A DNA stretch of 62,691 bases, filler included, from 6 parts of 6 records of this genome joined end to end with filler, not necessarily neighbours in it; one strand, 5' to 3'; positions 1 to 10,217 are shown, counted from the first letter of the whole stretch. Notes: generated by a model from the letters alone, not told the origin. Made by a program: numbers and translations.

Positions 1-10
1 ACGACTTTAC

Positions 11-55
11 CCCTCCGGGGTAGTTTTCACATTAATCCGCGATGAGCCGAAAAAA
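11..55. repeat. 45-bp dispersed repeat (probable IS end, MITE or REP-like element), copy 1
   Basis: CCCTCCGGGGTAGTTTTCACATTAATCCGCGATGAGCCGAAAAAA matches the reverse complement of 55058-55102 at 42/45 nt; both copies lie at contig ends. Confidence 0.75.
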
Positions 56-77
56 ATAAGGTGTGGTTGTTTTTTTC

Positions 78-127
78 TTGACACTAGATCGATCGATCGA
101 TATAAACTGTATCGAACGATCGATCTA
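78..127 (+). promoter_or_regulatory. sigma70 promoter overlapped by an inverted-repeat operator (likely TetR site)
   Basis: TTGACA (78-83), 17 bp, TATAAA (101-106); inverted repeat TAGATCGATCGATCGATA (85-102) / TATCGAACGATCGATCTA (110-127) directly upstream of the tetR gene. Confidence 0.75.
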
Positions 128-198
128 ATCTTGTTTTTGAAGTATTTCGTTGGTTCCAACCGTCCACTCCGTTCCTCATTTTTGAAAGGGGGCGCATT

Positions 199-783
199 TT
201 GGGAAGTATCAAAACCAACAAGGACAGAATTTTCAAAACGGCCATCTCCCTGTTTTCAGCCAAAGGGTTCCGGGGCACCTCCATTCGCGACATCGCCAAC
301 GAGATGCATATCAGCATCTCAAATATATATCATCATTTCGGCAACAAAGAAGGCCTGCTGGTTGCCATCCTGGAGCATTCATCCGAACGTCTGATCAATG
401 CCCTGAAACAGGTTTCAGAGCTTGAACTTCCGCCCAGGGAAAAACTCAAAAAACTGCTGGAAGCCCATTTGCGGCTTGCGGGAACCTATACGGACGAGAC
501 CAAAATCTTCTTTCTGGACGAGGAACATCTCTCGGAGGAAGGGGATCGAATCAACCGCAATATTCAACGTCGGATCTTCGGATTTTATCAAAAGGTATTG
601 CAGGACCTCGATGATGAGGGGCTGATTCAGTACCGGAGTATCAATGTTCTTGCATTTAATATCTTCGGTGTCATCAACTGGCAGCTTCGTTGGTATCGGC
701 CCGACGGACCCCTTTCCCTGGATGAGATACTGGATGAGATCATTTCATTTATCATGAACGGGGTTTTCGGGGCCACGGGCTGA
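199..783 (+). CDS. TetR/AcrR family transcriptional regulator (KstR2-like C-terminus)
   Basis: N-terminal HTH IFKTAISLFSAKGFRGTSIRDIA...IYHHFGNKEGLL; C-terminal WYRPDGPLS motif. Confidence 0.92.
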   Translation: MGSIKTNKDRIFKTAISLFSAKGFRGTSIRDIANEMHISISNIYHHFGNKEGLLVAILEHSSERLINALKQVSELELPPREKLKKLLEAHLRLAGTYTDETKIFFLDEEHLSEEGDRINRNIQRRIFGFYQKVLQDLDDEGLIQYRSINVLAFNIFGVINWQLRWYRPDGPLSLDEILDEIISFIMNGVFGATG

Positions 784-856
784 ACCGAAAGGATAGGGGA
801 AGTTTCATGGGCTGTTTTTTTTCCACACATAACATCAATTAAGGAGGGGAAAGGTC

Positions 857-2887
857 ATGGGGTATACGATTGACATTGACACGGGCGGAACCTTCACCGA
901 CGGGTTTTTCGTTTCAGGGGACCGGGTGGAGCCTGTGAAAGTGCCCACATCACCGCACGATTTGACGATTTGTTTCCTGGAATGCATCAAAGCGGGTGCA
1001 AAACGTTTCGGCGTAGCGGTGGCGGATCTGCTGTATGACACGGACATTATCCGGTTTTCAAACACCATCGGTACCAACACCATCATTCAGCGTGACGGCA
1101 GCAGGCTCGGATTGCTGGTGACGGCGGGTCAAGAAGATCTGGCCCCGACCCGTGAGAGTGACGGGAAAACGCCCCTGATGGATCCCGGGATGGTGATCGG
1201 CATTGAAGAGGAGGTCTCTCCCGCCGGAGAGGTGTTGAAGGTGCCTGATGCAAAAGCCGTGATGGCCGCGGCACAGACCTTGATCGACCGGGGCGCCCGT
1301 TGTCTGGTGACGGCACTGGCTTGTTCAGACACTAATCCCAAAAATGAACGGATGGTCCGGTCAATCATCAAGGAAGAGTATCCCAGGGATTTCCTCGGTT
1401 CGGTGCCTGTTTTCCTTTCATCCGATATTTCAAGCCGTGCAGGCGAAGGGGAGCGGATCAATGCGGCCGTGCTGAACGCCTACATCCACGGCAAATTGGT
1501 GAGCATGCTTTACAAGGCCGGGGAAGAGTTGCGCAGGCGCATGTACCCGAAGAACCTCTTTATTGTGCACAACAATCATGCGGTTGCCCGTGTGGCCAAG
1601 ACCCGGGCCATCAATACCTACAATTCGGGACCTGCCGCGGGCCTCATGGGTGCGAGGTTGACGGGATCGGCGTACGGTGCTGAACAGATTATTTCAGCGG
1701 ATATGGGCGGAACCTCTTTCGATCTGGGATATGTTCAACAGGGCCGGGTCAGCTATACCCTGAAGCCGGATGTGGAAGGCTTCCGGGTCAATGTTCCCAT
1801 GGTGGAGATTAAGGCCGTCGGCGCCGGGGGCGGATCCATTGCATCGGTTTTAGAAGGGGTGCTTTGCGTGGGTCCCCGGTCGGCGGGGGCTCTCCCGGGG
1901 CCCGTCTGCTTTGATCTGGGCGGGACGGAACCGACCGTGACCGACGCGGACCTTCTTTTGGGCATCTTCGATCCCGAATATTTCCTCGGCGGCACCATGA
2001 AACTCAACCTGGAAAAAGCCCAAAATGCCATGGCCGAAAAGATCGCCCGGCCCCTGGGCATGACGGTTGCAGCGGCGGCATTATCGGTTAAGGAGAGCAT
2101 CGATGAGGCCATGGGTAATGAACTGATGAAAATCAGGGAGAAGCTCACCGGCCATTCCGATCCCCTTCTTGTGGTTTACGGGGGCGCGGGTCCGGCCCAC
2201 TGCTGTCATGCGGCGAAGGTGGCGGGTATTCAAAAAATAGTGATTACGCCCTTTTCCGCTGTTTTTTCCGCTTATGCCTCATCCGGTATGGATGTGGGGC
2301 ACATTTACTATGCCCGCGCCGACGTCCCCTTTCATGAAAAGGCCGACTTTTCAGGATTGCCGGAAGTTTTAGAGAGACTACAAAAAGAGGCCGAAAGGGA
2401 TATTCGCGGAGAAGGATTTGACTTTGAACATATGAAGCTCTCTTTAGAACTGATGGTGCAGGGAGATGGGGCGGAAATCAAGTACAATGCCCCCTTTGAT
2501 TTTTTCAATTCGCCGGAAGGCGCGGCCCGTGCCGTATCCACTGCGCGGAAGCTTCTGGGGCAAAACGGCAATGATTTTAAAGGGGATCTCCGCCTCAGTA
2601 TGGTGAGTCTCATGGCCCAGGCGGAAACGCCCCATTTTGATGTGAAGGAGATTCCGCCATCGGGCGAAGATGCCGACGCGGCTAAAAAGGGTGTAAGGCC
2701 GGTGTTCCTGGACCGGGAAAAGGGTCTTCGGGAGATACCCGTATATGATCGGGCACTGCTCACCCATGGACACCATTTGCCCGGTCCGGCCCTGGTGGAA
2801 TCGGAACAGACCACCGTGCTGGTGTCCGATGGATGGCGCATGTTTGTGGATAAATTCAACAATGCCGTTCTGGAGGAGGTAACCTAA
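857..2887 (+). CDS. hydantoinase A/oxoprolinase family ATP-binding subunit (acetophenone carboxylase ApcA-like)
   Basis: DTGGTFTD, DMGGTSFD, GAGGGSIA, GPRSAGALPGP and PTVTDAD motifs; AGGAG RBS. Confidence 0.9.
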   Translation: MGYTIDIDTGGTFTDGFFVSGDRVEPVKVPTSPHDLTICFLECIKAGAKRFGVAVADLLYDTDIIRFSNTIGTNTIIQRDGSRLGLLVTAGQEDLAPTRESDGKTPLMDPGMVIGIEEEVSPAGEVLKVPDAKAVMAAAQTLIDRGARCLVTALACSDTNPKNERMVRSIIKEEYPRDFLGSVPVFLSSDISSRAGEGERINAAVLNAYIHGKLVSMLYKAGEELRRRMYPKNLFIVHNNHAVARVAKTRAINTYNSGPAAGLMGARLTGSAYGAEQIISADMGGTSFDLGYVQQGRVSYTLKPDVEGFRVNVPMVEIKAVGAGGGSIASVLEGVLCVGPRSAGALPGPVCFDLGGTEPTVTDADLLLGIFDPEYFLGGTMKLNLEKAQNAMAEKIARPLGMTVAAAALSVKESIDEAMGNELMKIREKLTGHSDPLLVVYGGAGPAHCCHAAKVAGIQKIVITPFSAVFSAYASSGMDVGHIYYARADVPFHEKADFSGLPEVLERLQKEAERDIRGEGFDFEHMKLSLELMVQGDGAEIKYNAPFDFFNSPEGAARAVSTARKLLGQNGNDFKGDLRLSMVSLMAQAETPHFDVKEIPPSGEDADAAKKGVRPVFLDREKGLREIPVYDRALLTHGHHLPGPALVESEQTTVLVSDGWRMFVDKFNNAVLEEVT

Positions 2888-2891
2888 AATC

Positions 2892-3221
2892 ATGAAAGTG
2901 AATATTACCGAGTATCTGGAGATCGATCTGGAACAGGAAGTATGGTGCTGCAATCGCTGCGGTCACGTGCTTACGGGGGCCCGGGAAAACTACAAAAAAG
3001 GATGTCTGGTGGCGGAAAAGCCGTTTTCCGAAGTCCATCCACCCCTGGTGGAAGGGAAAGAATACTCCTTTTCGCCGGATCCCGATTACTGTCGCCTGCT
3101 GGAGTTTTACTGCCCCGACTGCGGCGTGATCATTGAAAACGAATACCTTCCGCCCGGACACCCCATTACCCATGACATTGAGCTGGATGTGGACGCGCTC
3201 AAGAAACGGCACGGGTTATAA
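2892..3221 (+). CDS. acetone carboxylase gamma / ApcB-like small zinc-binding subunit
   Basis: CNRCG...ENYK and EFYCPDCG...ENEYLPPGHPITHDIELD motifs typical of the acetone carboxylase gamma family. Confidence 0.88.
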   Translation: MKVNITEYLEIDLEQEVWCCNRCGHVLTGARENYKKGCLVAEKPFSEVHPPLVEGKEYSFSPDPDYCRLLEFYCPDCGVIIENEYLPPGHPITHDIELDVDALKKRHGL

Positions 3222-3223
3222 AC

Positions 3224-4171
3224 ATGTCCACGGGAAGGGAGCTCTTCAACCGTTTTCTGAATGATGAACCGTTGCCGAGGCCGGTGTTCGTGCCCATGAT
3301 CCGGGGGCTTCTATCCAGGGTTGAAAATATGTCCATGGAAAGGCTCATGAATGATCCCACCCTCTGGGCCAACGCTTTGGTGAAAACCCACAAGCTGTTT
3401 TGTTTCGACGGCGTGGTGGTGGGTCTCGATTTCACCCTCATGGCCGAAGCCTGCGGCTGTGGGATTTCGTGGGAGGATGATCGACCCGTTGCTTCTCCGC
3501 CCGCAAAGGGCCTTTATGAAAAACCCCTGGAGACGGGGAGGATGAAACATGCCCTGGAGGTGGCGGCCCGGGTTTTCGAGGTCAGCCGGAAGGATCAGGC
3601 CTGCATTGCGGCCATAACAGGACCGCTGACGCTCTCCGATATGGTGTTCGGACGCGGCAAAGGCGCCGAACATCTGGGGGAAATCAAGCAATTGATGGTG
3701 CAAGTGGCGGAAGCTTTCTGCAAAACAGGGCCCGATGTGCTGATTTTCATGGAGGGGCGGCCCCTGGCTTCAGCCGAAATCAAACTTTCCCACAAAAAGA
3801 TCTACAACACCATGAAAAACATCACCGGCCATTACGATGTGGCGCCCGGGCTTTATGTCCAGGGGTATGATCCTTCCCGGGTGGACCGGTTCAAGGCCCT
3901 GAAAATGGATCTGTATGTTCTGGGTCCGTCAGAGGACGGGTCGCTGCCGGAGGTATCGAGGGTGTGGGAACTGGGCGTGGGTGCGCTGGGAGTGGGTCTG
4001 GGATTGCCGTTGGATGATTTGCATACGGCGCGCAAGCTCGTAAGCGAAGGGAGAGAACTGTATGAAACCAGCCGCGGTCGAGGCATCTTCTTTACCAGCC
4101 TGGGGCCGGCCACCCGGAATGTGGATATTGAAACGCTTCACGAACTGGTTCAGGAATTATTTCATATTTAA
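3224..4171 (+). CDS. uroporphyrinogen decarboxylase / MtaA-CmuA fold protein
   Basis: FDG...LMAEACGC.I.W and ITGPLTL motifs of the URO-D/MT2 superfamily; HxC zinc motif not evident. Confidence 0.7.
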   Translation: MSTGRELFNRFLNDEPLPRPVFVPMIRGLLSRVENMSMERLMNDPTLWANALVKTHKLFCFDGVVVGLDFTLMAEACGCGISWEDDRPVASPPAKGLYEKPLETGRMKHALEVAARVFEVSRKDQACIAAITGPLTLSDMVFGRGKGAEHLGEIKQLMVQVAEAFCKTGPDVLIFMEGRPLASAEIKLSHKKIYNTMKNITGHYDVAPGLYVQGYDPSRVDRFKALKMDLYVLGPSEDGSLPEVSRVWELGVGALGVGLGLPLDDLHTARKLVSEGRELYETSRGRGIFFTSLGPATRNVDIETLHELVQELFHI

Positions 4172-4222
4172 CAGATCAGAACAATCGCATCAGACAATTG
4201 CATGAAGATAAGGAGACGTGTC

Positions 4223-6358
4223 ATGGGTATCTCAATCAGCGTCGATATCGGCGGAACATTTACGGATTTTTACGCCCTGCGAGATGACGGCAAAACAAAC
4301 ATCACCAAGACCCCCAGCACCCACTACGATCTCTCAGTGGGGTTTATGAAGGGGATGAAGAGACTGGCCCGATCTTTCGGGATGGGACTTTCGGATTTTT
4401 TAGGCCAAAGCGACGTGGTGCGCTACTGCACGACGGTCGGAACCAACGCCCTGATTGAACGGAGCGGCCCTAAACTGGGATTTATCACCACGGCCGGTTT
4501 CGAAGACGCCATTTTTCTGGGTCGAGCCAGAAGCTGGGCCGACGGCGCTTCGGTGCTTGAAAACAAGGATCTTGCGCGCATTCAGAAGCCGGAACCGTTG
4601 ATCCGGCCGGAGATGGTGGTGGGTGTTCGGGAGAGGATCGATTCTTTCGGGAATGTCATGGCACCCCTCAAACGGGAGGAAGTGCTCGAAAAGCTGCAAC
4701 ACCTGGTGGACCGGGGCGCCATGGGGTTTGTGGTGGGACTGCTGTGGTCTTTCGGAAACCCCAGCCATGAACGGATGATCCGGGAGATCATCGAAGAGGA
4801 GTACCCGGAGGACTATTTGGGATCCATGCCGGTGATCCTCTCCAGCGATGTCTCCCCCAAATCCGCTGAATACACCCGGTTTACCACCACCATCGTCAAT
4901 GCCTATATTCACGGGGTCATGTCCGAAAAGCTCAACAAGCTGGGGAATGAACTGAGGGACGGCGGTTACCAAAGGCCCCTGGTGCTGGTACATAATACGG
5001 GGGGGATGAAAAAGATGTCCCGGACCCGGGCCGTGTTGACCCATAACGCGGGGCCCGTGGCCGGTCTTCACGGCGCACTCAGCGTGGGGGGCAATTACGG
5101 GCATGAAAAGATCATCTTCACCGATATGGGGGGCACCTCCTTTGATATCGGGGTGATCACCGGCGGCGAACTGAAAACCTACGATTTCATTCCCCTCATT
5201 GATCGCTGGCGCACCAATATTCCGGCCATTGAGGTGAAATCCATCGGCGCCGGCGGCGGATCCATCGCCTGGGTCAACACCCTCATGGACAATGCCATGG
5301 AGGTGGGACCCCAGTCGGCCGGTTCCATGCCGGGACCCGCCTGTTACGATCAGGGGGGGCGGGAACCCACAGTCACCGATGCGGATCTGCTGTTGGGGTA
5401 TCTCAACCCGGAGAATTATCTGGGCGGCAATATGCTCCTGGACCCGGATTTGAGCCGGGAAGTCATCAAAGAAAAGATCGCCGACCCCCTGGGGATCGAT
5501 CCGGTGGAGGCGGCTGTGCGCATCCGCCAGGTGGTGGACGCCCGCATGGGACAAGAGGTCTTTAACGAAGTGGCCCTCAAGGGGCATGACCCCAGGGAAT
5601 TCGTTCTCATGGCATGCGGAGGCGCCGGCGCCACCCACGCCTGCGGCTTTGCCCCCTACCTGAAGGTGGACAAAGTCATCGTGTCGCCCAGTTCGCCGGT
5701 TTTCGGCGCATTCGGCGCGTCAACCGTGAATGTGAGCCAGGTGTGGGAGATGTCCAGGACCATGAAGATTTTTCAATGGGCCAACCAATCTTATTCCGAG
5801 GATGTGGAATCATTCAATACAGTGGTGGCGGAGCTTAGAAACAAAGCGGTGCGGGATCTCCGATTGGAGGGGTATGATGAGGACAGAATAGAATTCCGCC
5901 TGGAACTGGATATGCGCTACGGTATGCAGTACAACCTCATGAAAGTGGTCTCCCCCCGTTTGATCCTCCAAAATTCCGATGATTTCAAGGAGATCTGCGA
6001 TGCCTTTACCCGGCAGTATGCAGAGGTTTACACTCCCGAGGCAACCTTTCCCATGGGGGGGATTAATCTGGAGTGTTTTCATTTGACGGCCATGGTGACG
6101 TTGCCGCCCTTGACCCTGGAATCCTTTGAGGAGAACGGCCAGACGCCCCCCCGGGAGGCGGGACTGCCTGCAAGAGACGCCTATTGGGCGGCCTCCGGCG
6201 GGTTTGTGGAAACGCAGGTTTTCGACTTCAACAAACTGCTGGTGGGGAATGTAATAGACGGCCCGGCCCTGGTGGAAGCGGAAGATACCACCTACGTGAT
6301 TGAACCGGGATGGCGATTTACGCTGGATCGTTTTCGAAACGCCGTTTTAAGCTGTTAG
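4223..6358 (+). CDS. hydantoinase A/oxoprolinase family subunit (ApcC-like)
   Basis: DIGGTFTD, TTVGTNAL, DMGGTSFD, GAGGGSIA and GPQSAGSMPGPACY motifs; AGGAG RBS favours ATG 4223 over 4202. Confidence 0.9.
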   Translation: MGISISVDIGGTFTDFYALRDDGKTNITKTPSTHYDLSVGFMKGMKRLARSFGMGLSDFLGQSDVVRYCTTVGTNALIERSGPKLGFITTAGFEDAIFLGRARSWADGASVLENKDLARIQKPEPLIRPEMVVGVRERIDSFGNVMAPLKREEVLEKLQHLVDRGAMGFVVGLLWSFGNPSHERMIREIIEEEYPEDYLGSMPVILSSDVSPKSAEYTRFTTTIVNAYIHGVMSEKLNKLGNELRDGGYQRPLVLVHNTGGMKKMSRTRAVLTHNAGPVAGLHGALSVGGNYGHEKIIFTDMGGTSFDIGVITGGELKTYDFIPLIDRWRTNIPAIEVKSIGAGGGSIAWVNTLMDNAMEVGPQSAGSMPGPACYDQGGREPTVTDADLLLGYLNPENYLGGNMLLDPDLSREVIKEKIADPLGIDPVEAAVRIRQVVDARMGQEVFNEVALKGHDPREFVLMACGGAGATHACGFAPYLKVDKVIVSPSSPVFGAFGASTVNVSQVWEMSRTMKIFQWANQSYSEDVESFNTVVAELRNKAVRDLRLEGYDEDRIEFRLELDMRYGMQYNLMKVVSPRLILQNSDDFKEICDAFTRQYAEVYTPEATFPMGGINLECFHLTAMVTLPPLTLESFEENGQTPPREAGLPARDAYWAASGGFVETQVFDFNKLLVGNVIDGPALVEAEDTTYVIEPGWRFTLDRFRNAVLSC

Positions 6359-6413
6359 CATTTAGCAGTTAGCCGTTAGCTGCCTGCTAACTGCTAACAG
6401 CTAATGGCTAATC
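6354..6413. repeat. inverted heptamer-repeat hairpin: 4 x (G/T)TTAGCN, GCCT, 4 x GCTAANN
   Basis: gttagca tttagca gttagcc gttagct gcct gctaact gctaaca gctaatg gctaatc; supplies the TAG stop of the upstream gene. Confidence 0.85.
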
Positions 6414-6464
6414 GCTTTTTTCAGCTTAAGCAATGGGGGGCACGGACCCCCGGGGAGGTGACGC

Positions 6465-8537
6465 ATGCAAAATATGGCCTATGGAAAGGATATGGAGGTG
6501 GTGAAACGGTTGAATCCCGAACCCATGACCTCCGATGAAACGTCTGCACAGAGCCTGGTCAATGATGTGGATTTCGATATTTTTACCCACAAAATCAATA
6601 TGATCGCACAGGAAGGGAAAGAGACCACCATGAAGCTGGGCGCAAGCTCGGGAATGCGCTGGGGAGATGTGGCTTTCGGTATCTACACGGGCCTGGGGGA
6701 TCTGGCCGTGGTGGCCACAGGTATCTGGTTCCACGCGGTTTTAGGTCAGATTCCGGTTAAATATATTGTCAAGCACTGGGTGGATGAGCCCTCGGTGGGC
6801 GTGAGGGAAGGGGATTCCTTTTTTTGGAACGATCCCTTCTACGGCGGGGTCCACGGCGCCGACATGGGGCTCTGCGTGCCGGTGTTTTACAAAGGCGAGC
6901 TGATCTGTTTTACCGGCGCCGTGGTGCATACCGGGGAATCCGGGGCCACGGATCCGGGAGGCATGAGTCTCAGGGCCCGGAGCAAATTTGATGAAGGGCT
7001 TCTGGCGCCCCCACTCAAGGTGGGGGAGAATTATGCTCTCAAGGAAGATGTGCTCAACATGTTCAGCGCCATGACGAGGGACCCCAGGACCATGATTCTG
7101 GACATCAAGGCGCGCCTGGCGGCCTGCCGTATTGCCCAGCGCCGCATTGTGGATCTCATTGAAGAGAAGGGCGTGGACTTCTTCAGAGGGTCCTTGCGCC
7201 GGGTGCTGACCGTGACGGGACAGGCGGCCCGGAAAAAAGTCTCCCTCTTGAACGACGGTGTCTTCAGACAGCCCCGATTCATGGATATGGTGGGCGGTGA
7301 AGCGTCTCTGACCAAGATCGATATCACCATGGAAAAAAAGGGGGACAAGATCCTGTTTTCCTTTGACGACACCTCCCCCATGATGCCGGACCTGCCGATG
7401 AACACCTTTTTTCAGGGGATCATCGGGCTCTCCATGGTCTATTTCTGCGGCTGGTTCTTCCATGATCTTCCCGCCAACAACGGACTGCTGGAGTCCGTGG
7501 AATGGGATTTCCCCGACAATACCTTCATCAACGCCAAGGGGGATGTGCCCACCAGCATGTCACCGCTCACCCAGACCTGTTTTGCCCACGGCATGTTTCT
7601 GGCGGGCGCCCGCATGACCTATCATCTGGAGCCAAGCCGGGCCGTGGCGGCCTGGTTTAACGGGTTCGGCGTGCCCGTTTACGGCGGCGTTAACCAGTGG
7701 AACGAGCCCATTGCCGACATCACCCCCGAAATGAACGCCACGGGTGCCGGTGCCAGGCCCGATATGGACGGGGTGAACGGGGCCGGTGCCTTTTTTGCCA
7801 CCATGAGCGACTGCTCCGATGTGGAGACCACCGAATCGGACAGGCCTTTTCTCTACCTGTTCCGTAATTACGCCGTCAATTCCTACGGCCACGGCAGATT
7901 CCGCGGCGGCGCCGGTGTTGGATTCGGCATGATGATGCACCATGTCCCCTGGGTGGCCATGGGGGCCTTCGGATACGGCACCAAATTTCCGGCCACCCTG
8001 GGCATCTTCGGCGGGTATGCCGTGCCGCCGGCCTTTATTGAAACGGTGGGACAGAGCAATGTGAAAAACCTGCTCTCTGAAAGCGACACCCGGTTGCCCA
8101 CGCGTCTGGAACAGCTCTACGAAGCGGACAACCCGGAAGAGGGGCAGGTGCAACTGCACAATATCACCATGAACATTCAGCCCCTCATGAACGGGGATAC
8201 CTTCTACATTCCCGCTGGTGGCGGGGCCGGATACGGCGACGTGCTGGAGCGGGACCCCGAGAATATCCTGAAGGATTTGAAAGAGGGCATGGTGTCCCAC
8301 TGGGCCGCCCGGAATGTTTACAAGATCGTCTATGACGAGGATACCCTCCGCCTGGATGAGGAAAAGACCCGATCATTGCGGGACCTCTCGCGCAAGGAGC
8401 GCATGGCCAGGGGAAAACCCTTTGAGGAATTTGAAGCGGAGTGGCTCAAGCTGCGCCCGTCGGATCAGGCCGTCAAGTATTACGGGAGCTACCCCCATCC
8501 CAGTGAAGGGCCGCCCCCGGGTCCGCCGGGGATGTAA
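6465..8537 (+). CDS. hydantoinase B/oxoprolinase family catalytic subunit (ApcD-like)
   Basis: NDPFYGGVHGAD and VHTGE metal-binding motifs, GHGRFRGGAG, GGGAGYGDVLERDPE; GGAGG RBS. Confidence 0.9.
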   Translation: MQNMAYGKDMEVVKRLNPEPMTSDETSAQSLVNDVDFDIFTHKINMIAQEGKETTMKLGASSGMRWGDVAFGIYTGLGDLAVVATGIWFHAVLGQIPVKYIVKHWVDEPSVGVREGDSFFWNDPFYGGVHGADMGLCVPVFYKGELICFTGAVVHTGESGATDPGGMSLRARSKFDEGLLAPPLKVGENYALKEDVLNMFSAMTRDPRTMILDIKARLAACRIAQRRIVDLIEEKGVDFFRGSLRRVLTVTGQAARKKVSLLNDGVFRQPRFMDMVGGEASLTKIDITMEKKGDKILFSFDDTSPMMPDLPMNTFFQGIIGLSMVYFCGWFFHDLPANNGLLESVEWDFPDNTFINAKGDVPTSMSPLTQTCFAHGMFLAGARMTYHLEPSRAVAAWFNGFGVPVYGGVNQWNEPIADITPEMNATGAGARPDMDGVNGAGAFFATMSDCSDVETTESDRPFLYLFRNYAVNSYGHGRFRGGAGVGFGMMMHHVPWVAMGAFGYGTKFPATLGIFGGYAVPPAFIETVGQSNVKNLLSESDTRLPTRLEQLYEADNPEEGQVQLHNITMNIQPLMNGDTFYIPAGGGAGYGDVLERDPENILKDLKEGMVSHWAARNVYKIVYDEDTLRLDEEKTRSLRDLSRKERMARGKPFEEFEAEWLKLRPSDQAVKYYGSYPHPSEGPPPGPPGM

Positions 8538-8558
8538 AAAAATGGAGAGCTAGGGAGT

Positions 8559-10193
8559 ATGTTGGATGACCATTATGGAACGGGAGTTATGAAGATGTCG
8601 TCAGTTGACCGAGTGCAGAACAGGACCATTCACGGGGTCTTGAAAGAGAAGGTGAAACAGTGCGGATCCCGTGAATTTTTCTATTTTAAAGATAAGACCT
8701 TTACCTACGAAGACCTGGATCGGGCTTCCGACCGGGTGGCGGCGGGGCTTCAAAAAATGGGCATCGGCAAGGGGGACAAGGTGGCCATTATCATGAGCAA
8801 CCGGCCGGAGTTTCTCTTCCTATGGTTCGGGTTGAGCAAACTGGGCGCAATCGAGGTGCCCGTAAACACGGCCCATCGGGGGGATCTTTTGACCTATATG
8901 ATGGATAAATCGGATTCCAGGATGCTGGTGGTGGAGTCCGGTTTCATGGATCGGGTGGCCCCCGTGTTGAAGGAGCTTCCCAAATTGGAGAAGGTGGTCC
9001 TCCTGGCGGACCCGGAAGATTCCGTGCCGCATACGGAAAAACAGGTGCTCGATTACGGGAAACTGATTCATAACGACGGGGTATTTGAAGCGCCCGGGGT
9101 CACCTGGAGTGATCCCTTTGTGATCATGTTTACAAGTGGCACCACCGGGCCCAGCAAGGGATCGCTTATGCCCCAGAATTACGCCCTTTTCATGGGGAAG
9201 GTCTGCATGGAGACGGCCGAATACACGGAAAACGACTGCCTTTACAACACCCTTCCCCTCTTCCACGGCAATGCACAGCTCCTTTCCACCATGCCGGCCC
9301 TCATGAGCGGGGCGCGCATGGTACTGGCGGAGCGGTTTTCCGCCAGCCGTTTCTGGCCCGAGGTGAAAAAATACGGCTGCACCGAGTTTAACTATATCGG
9401 CGGGGTTCTGCCCATCCTGCTCAAGGCGGAACCAAAAAAGGATGATGCAAAGAATACCCTGCGTGTCATGTTCGGGGGGGGATGTCCGCCCCACCTCTTT
9501 GATGAAGTGGAGACCCGGTTCGGGGTGACCCTGCTGGAAGGGTACGGCATGAGCGAGATCGGAATTCCCCTTTTAAATACCCTTAAAGAGAGAAAAATCG
9601 GCACCTGCGGCAAGCCCGCATACGGATGCCACGTGAAACTGGTGGATGATTACGGCATGGAGGCGGGTCCCGGGATCCCCGGCGAACTGCTCATCCGGAA
9701 CCGGGAGCCCTTCACCATGATGCTGGAATACTACAAAATGCCCGAGAAGACCGTGGAGGCGTGGCGGGATCTGTGGTTCAATACCGGCGATTACCTGGTG
9801 ATGGATGAAGAGGGGTACTTCAATTTCGTGGACCGCAAAAAGGACGCTTTGCGCCGCCGGGGAGAAAACATCAGCTCCCAGGAGGTGGAAAAGGGTATCA
9901 GCAGCCATCCCGCCGTGCTGGAGTCCGCCGCCATCGGCGTAAAATCCGACATGAGTGAAGACGAGGTCATGATCTGCGTCACCCTGAAACCGGGAGAGAC
10001 CCTTACGCCGGAAGCCCTGCTCGATTTTGCCCAGGAGCGGATGGCCTATTTCATGGTGCCCCGCTATGTGCGGGTGATGGATCAATTGCCCAAGACCCCC
10101 ACTGAAAAGGTGCAAAAGGCGGTCCTTCGCGAGGAAGGCGTCAGCCCGGACACCTGGGATCGCGAGGCCGCGGGGTACGAGGTGAAGAGGTAG
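8559..10193 (+). CDS. AMP-forming acyl-CoA ligase (CaiC/Bal-like)
   Basis: FTSGTTGPSKG, YGMSE, TGD, DRKKDALRRRGENISS and LPKTPTEK motifs; true start may be 8589 or 8595. Confidence 0.92.
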   Translation: MLDDHYGTGVMKMSSVDRVQNRTIHGVLKEKVKQCGSREFFYFKDKTFTYEDLDRASDRVAAGLQKMGIGKGDKVAIIMSNRPEFLFLWFGLSKLGAIEVPVNTAHRGDLLTYMMDKSDSRMLVVESGFMDRVAPVLKELPKLEKVVLLADPEDSVPHTEKQVLDYGKLIHNDGVFEAPGVTWSDPFVIMFTSGTTGPSKGSLMPQNYALFMGKVCMETAEYTENDCLYNTLPLFHGNAQLLSTMPALMSGARMVLAERFSASRFWPEVKKYGCTEFNYIGGVLPILLKAEPKKDDAKNTLRVMFGGGCPPHLFDEVETRFGVTLLEGYGMSEIGIPLLNTLKERKIGTCGKPAYGCHVKLVDDYGMEAGPGIPGELLIRNREPFTMMLEYYKMPEKTVEAWRDLWFNTGDYLVMDEEGYFNFVDRKKDALRRRGENISSQEVEKGISSHPAVLESAAIGVKSDMSEDEVMICVTLKPGETLTPEALLDFAQERMAYFMVPRYVRVMDQLPKTPTEKVQKAVLREEGVSPDTWDREAAGYEVKR

Positions 10194-10217
10194 ATGCTTT
10201 CAAGAGGAATGAAATAG

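Noticed and set aside
4400-5638. Long antisense ORFs (e.g. 4400-5638, 6741-7463, 7560-8300, 10842-11843, 55562-56335)
   Set aside because: Shadow frames of well-supported genes in GC-rich DNA, with no recognisable motifs
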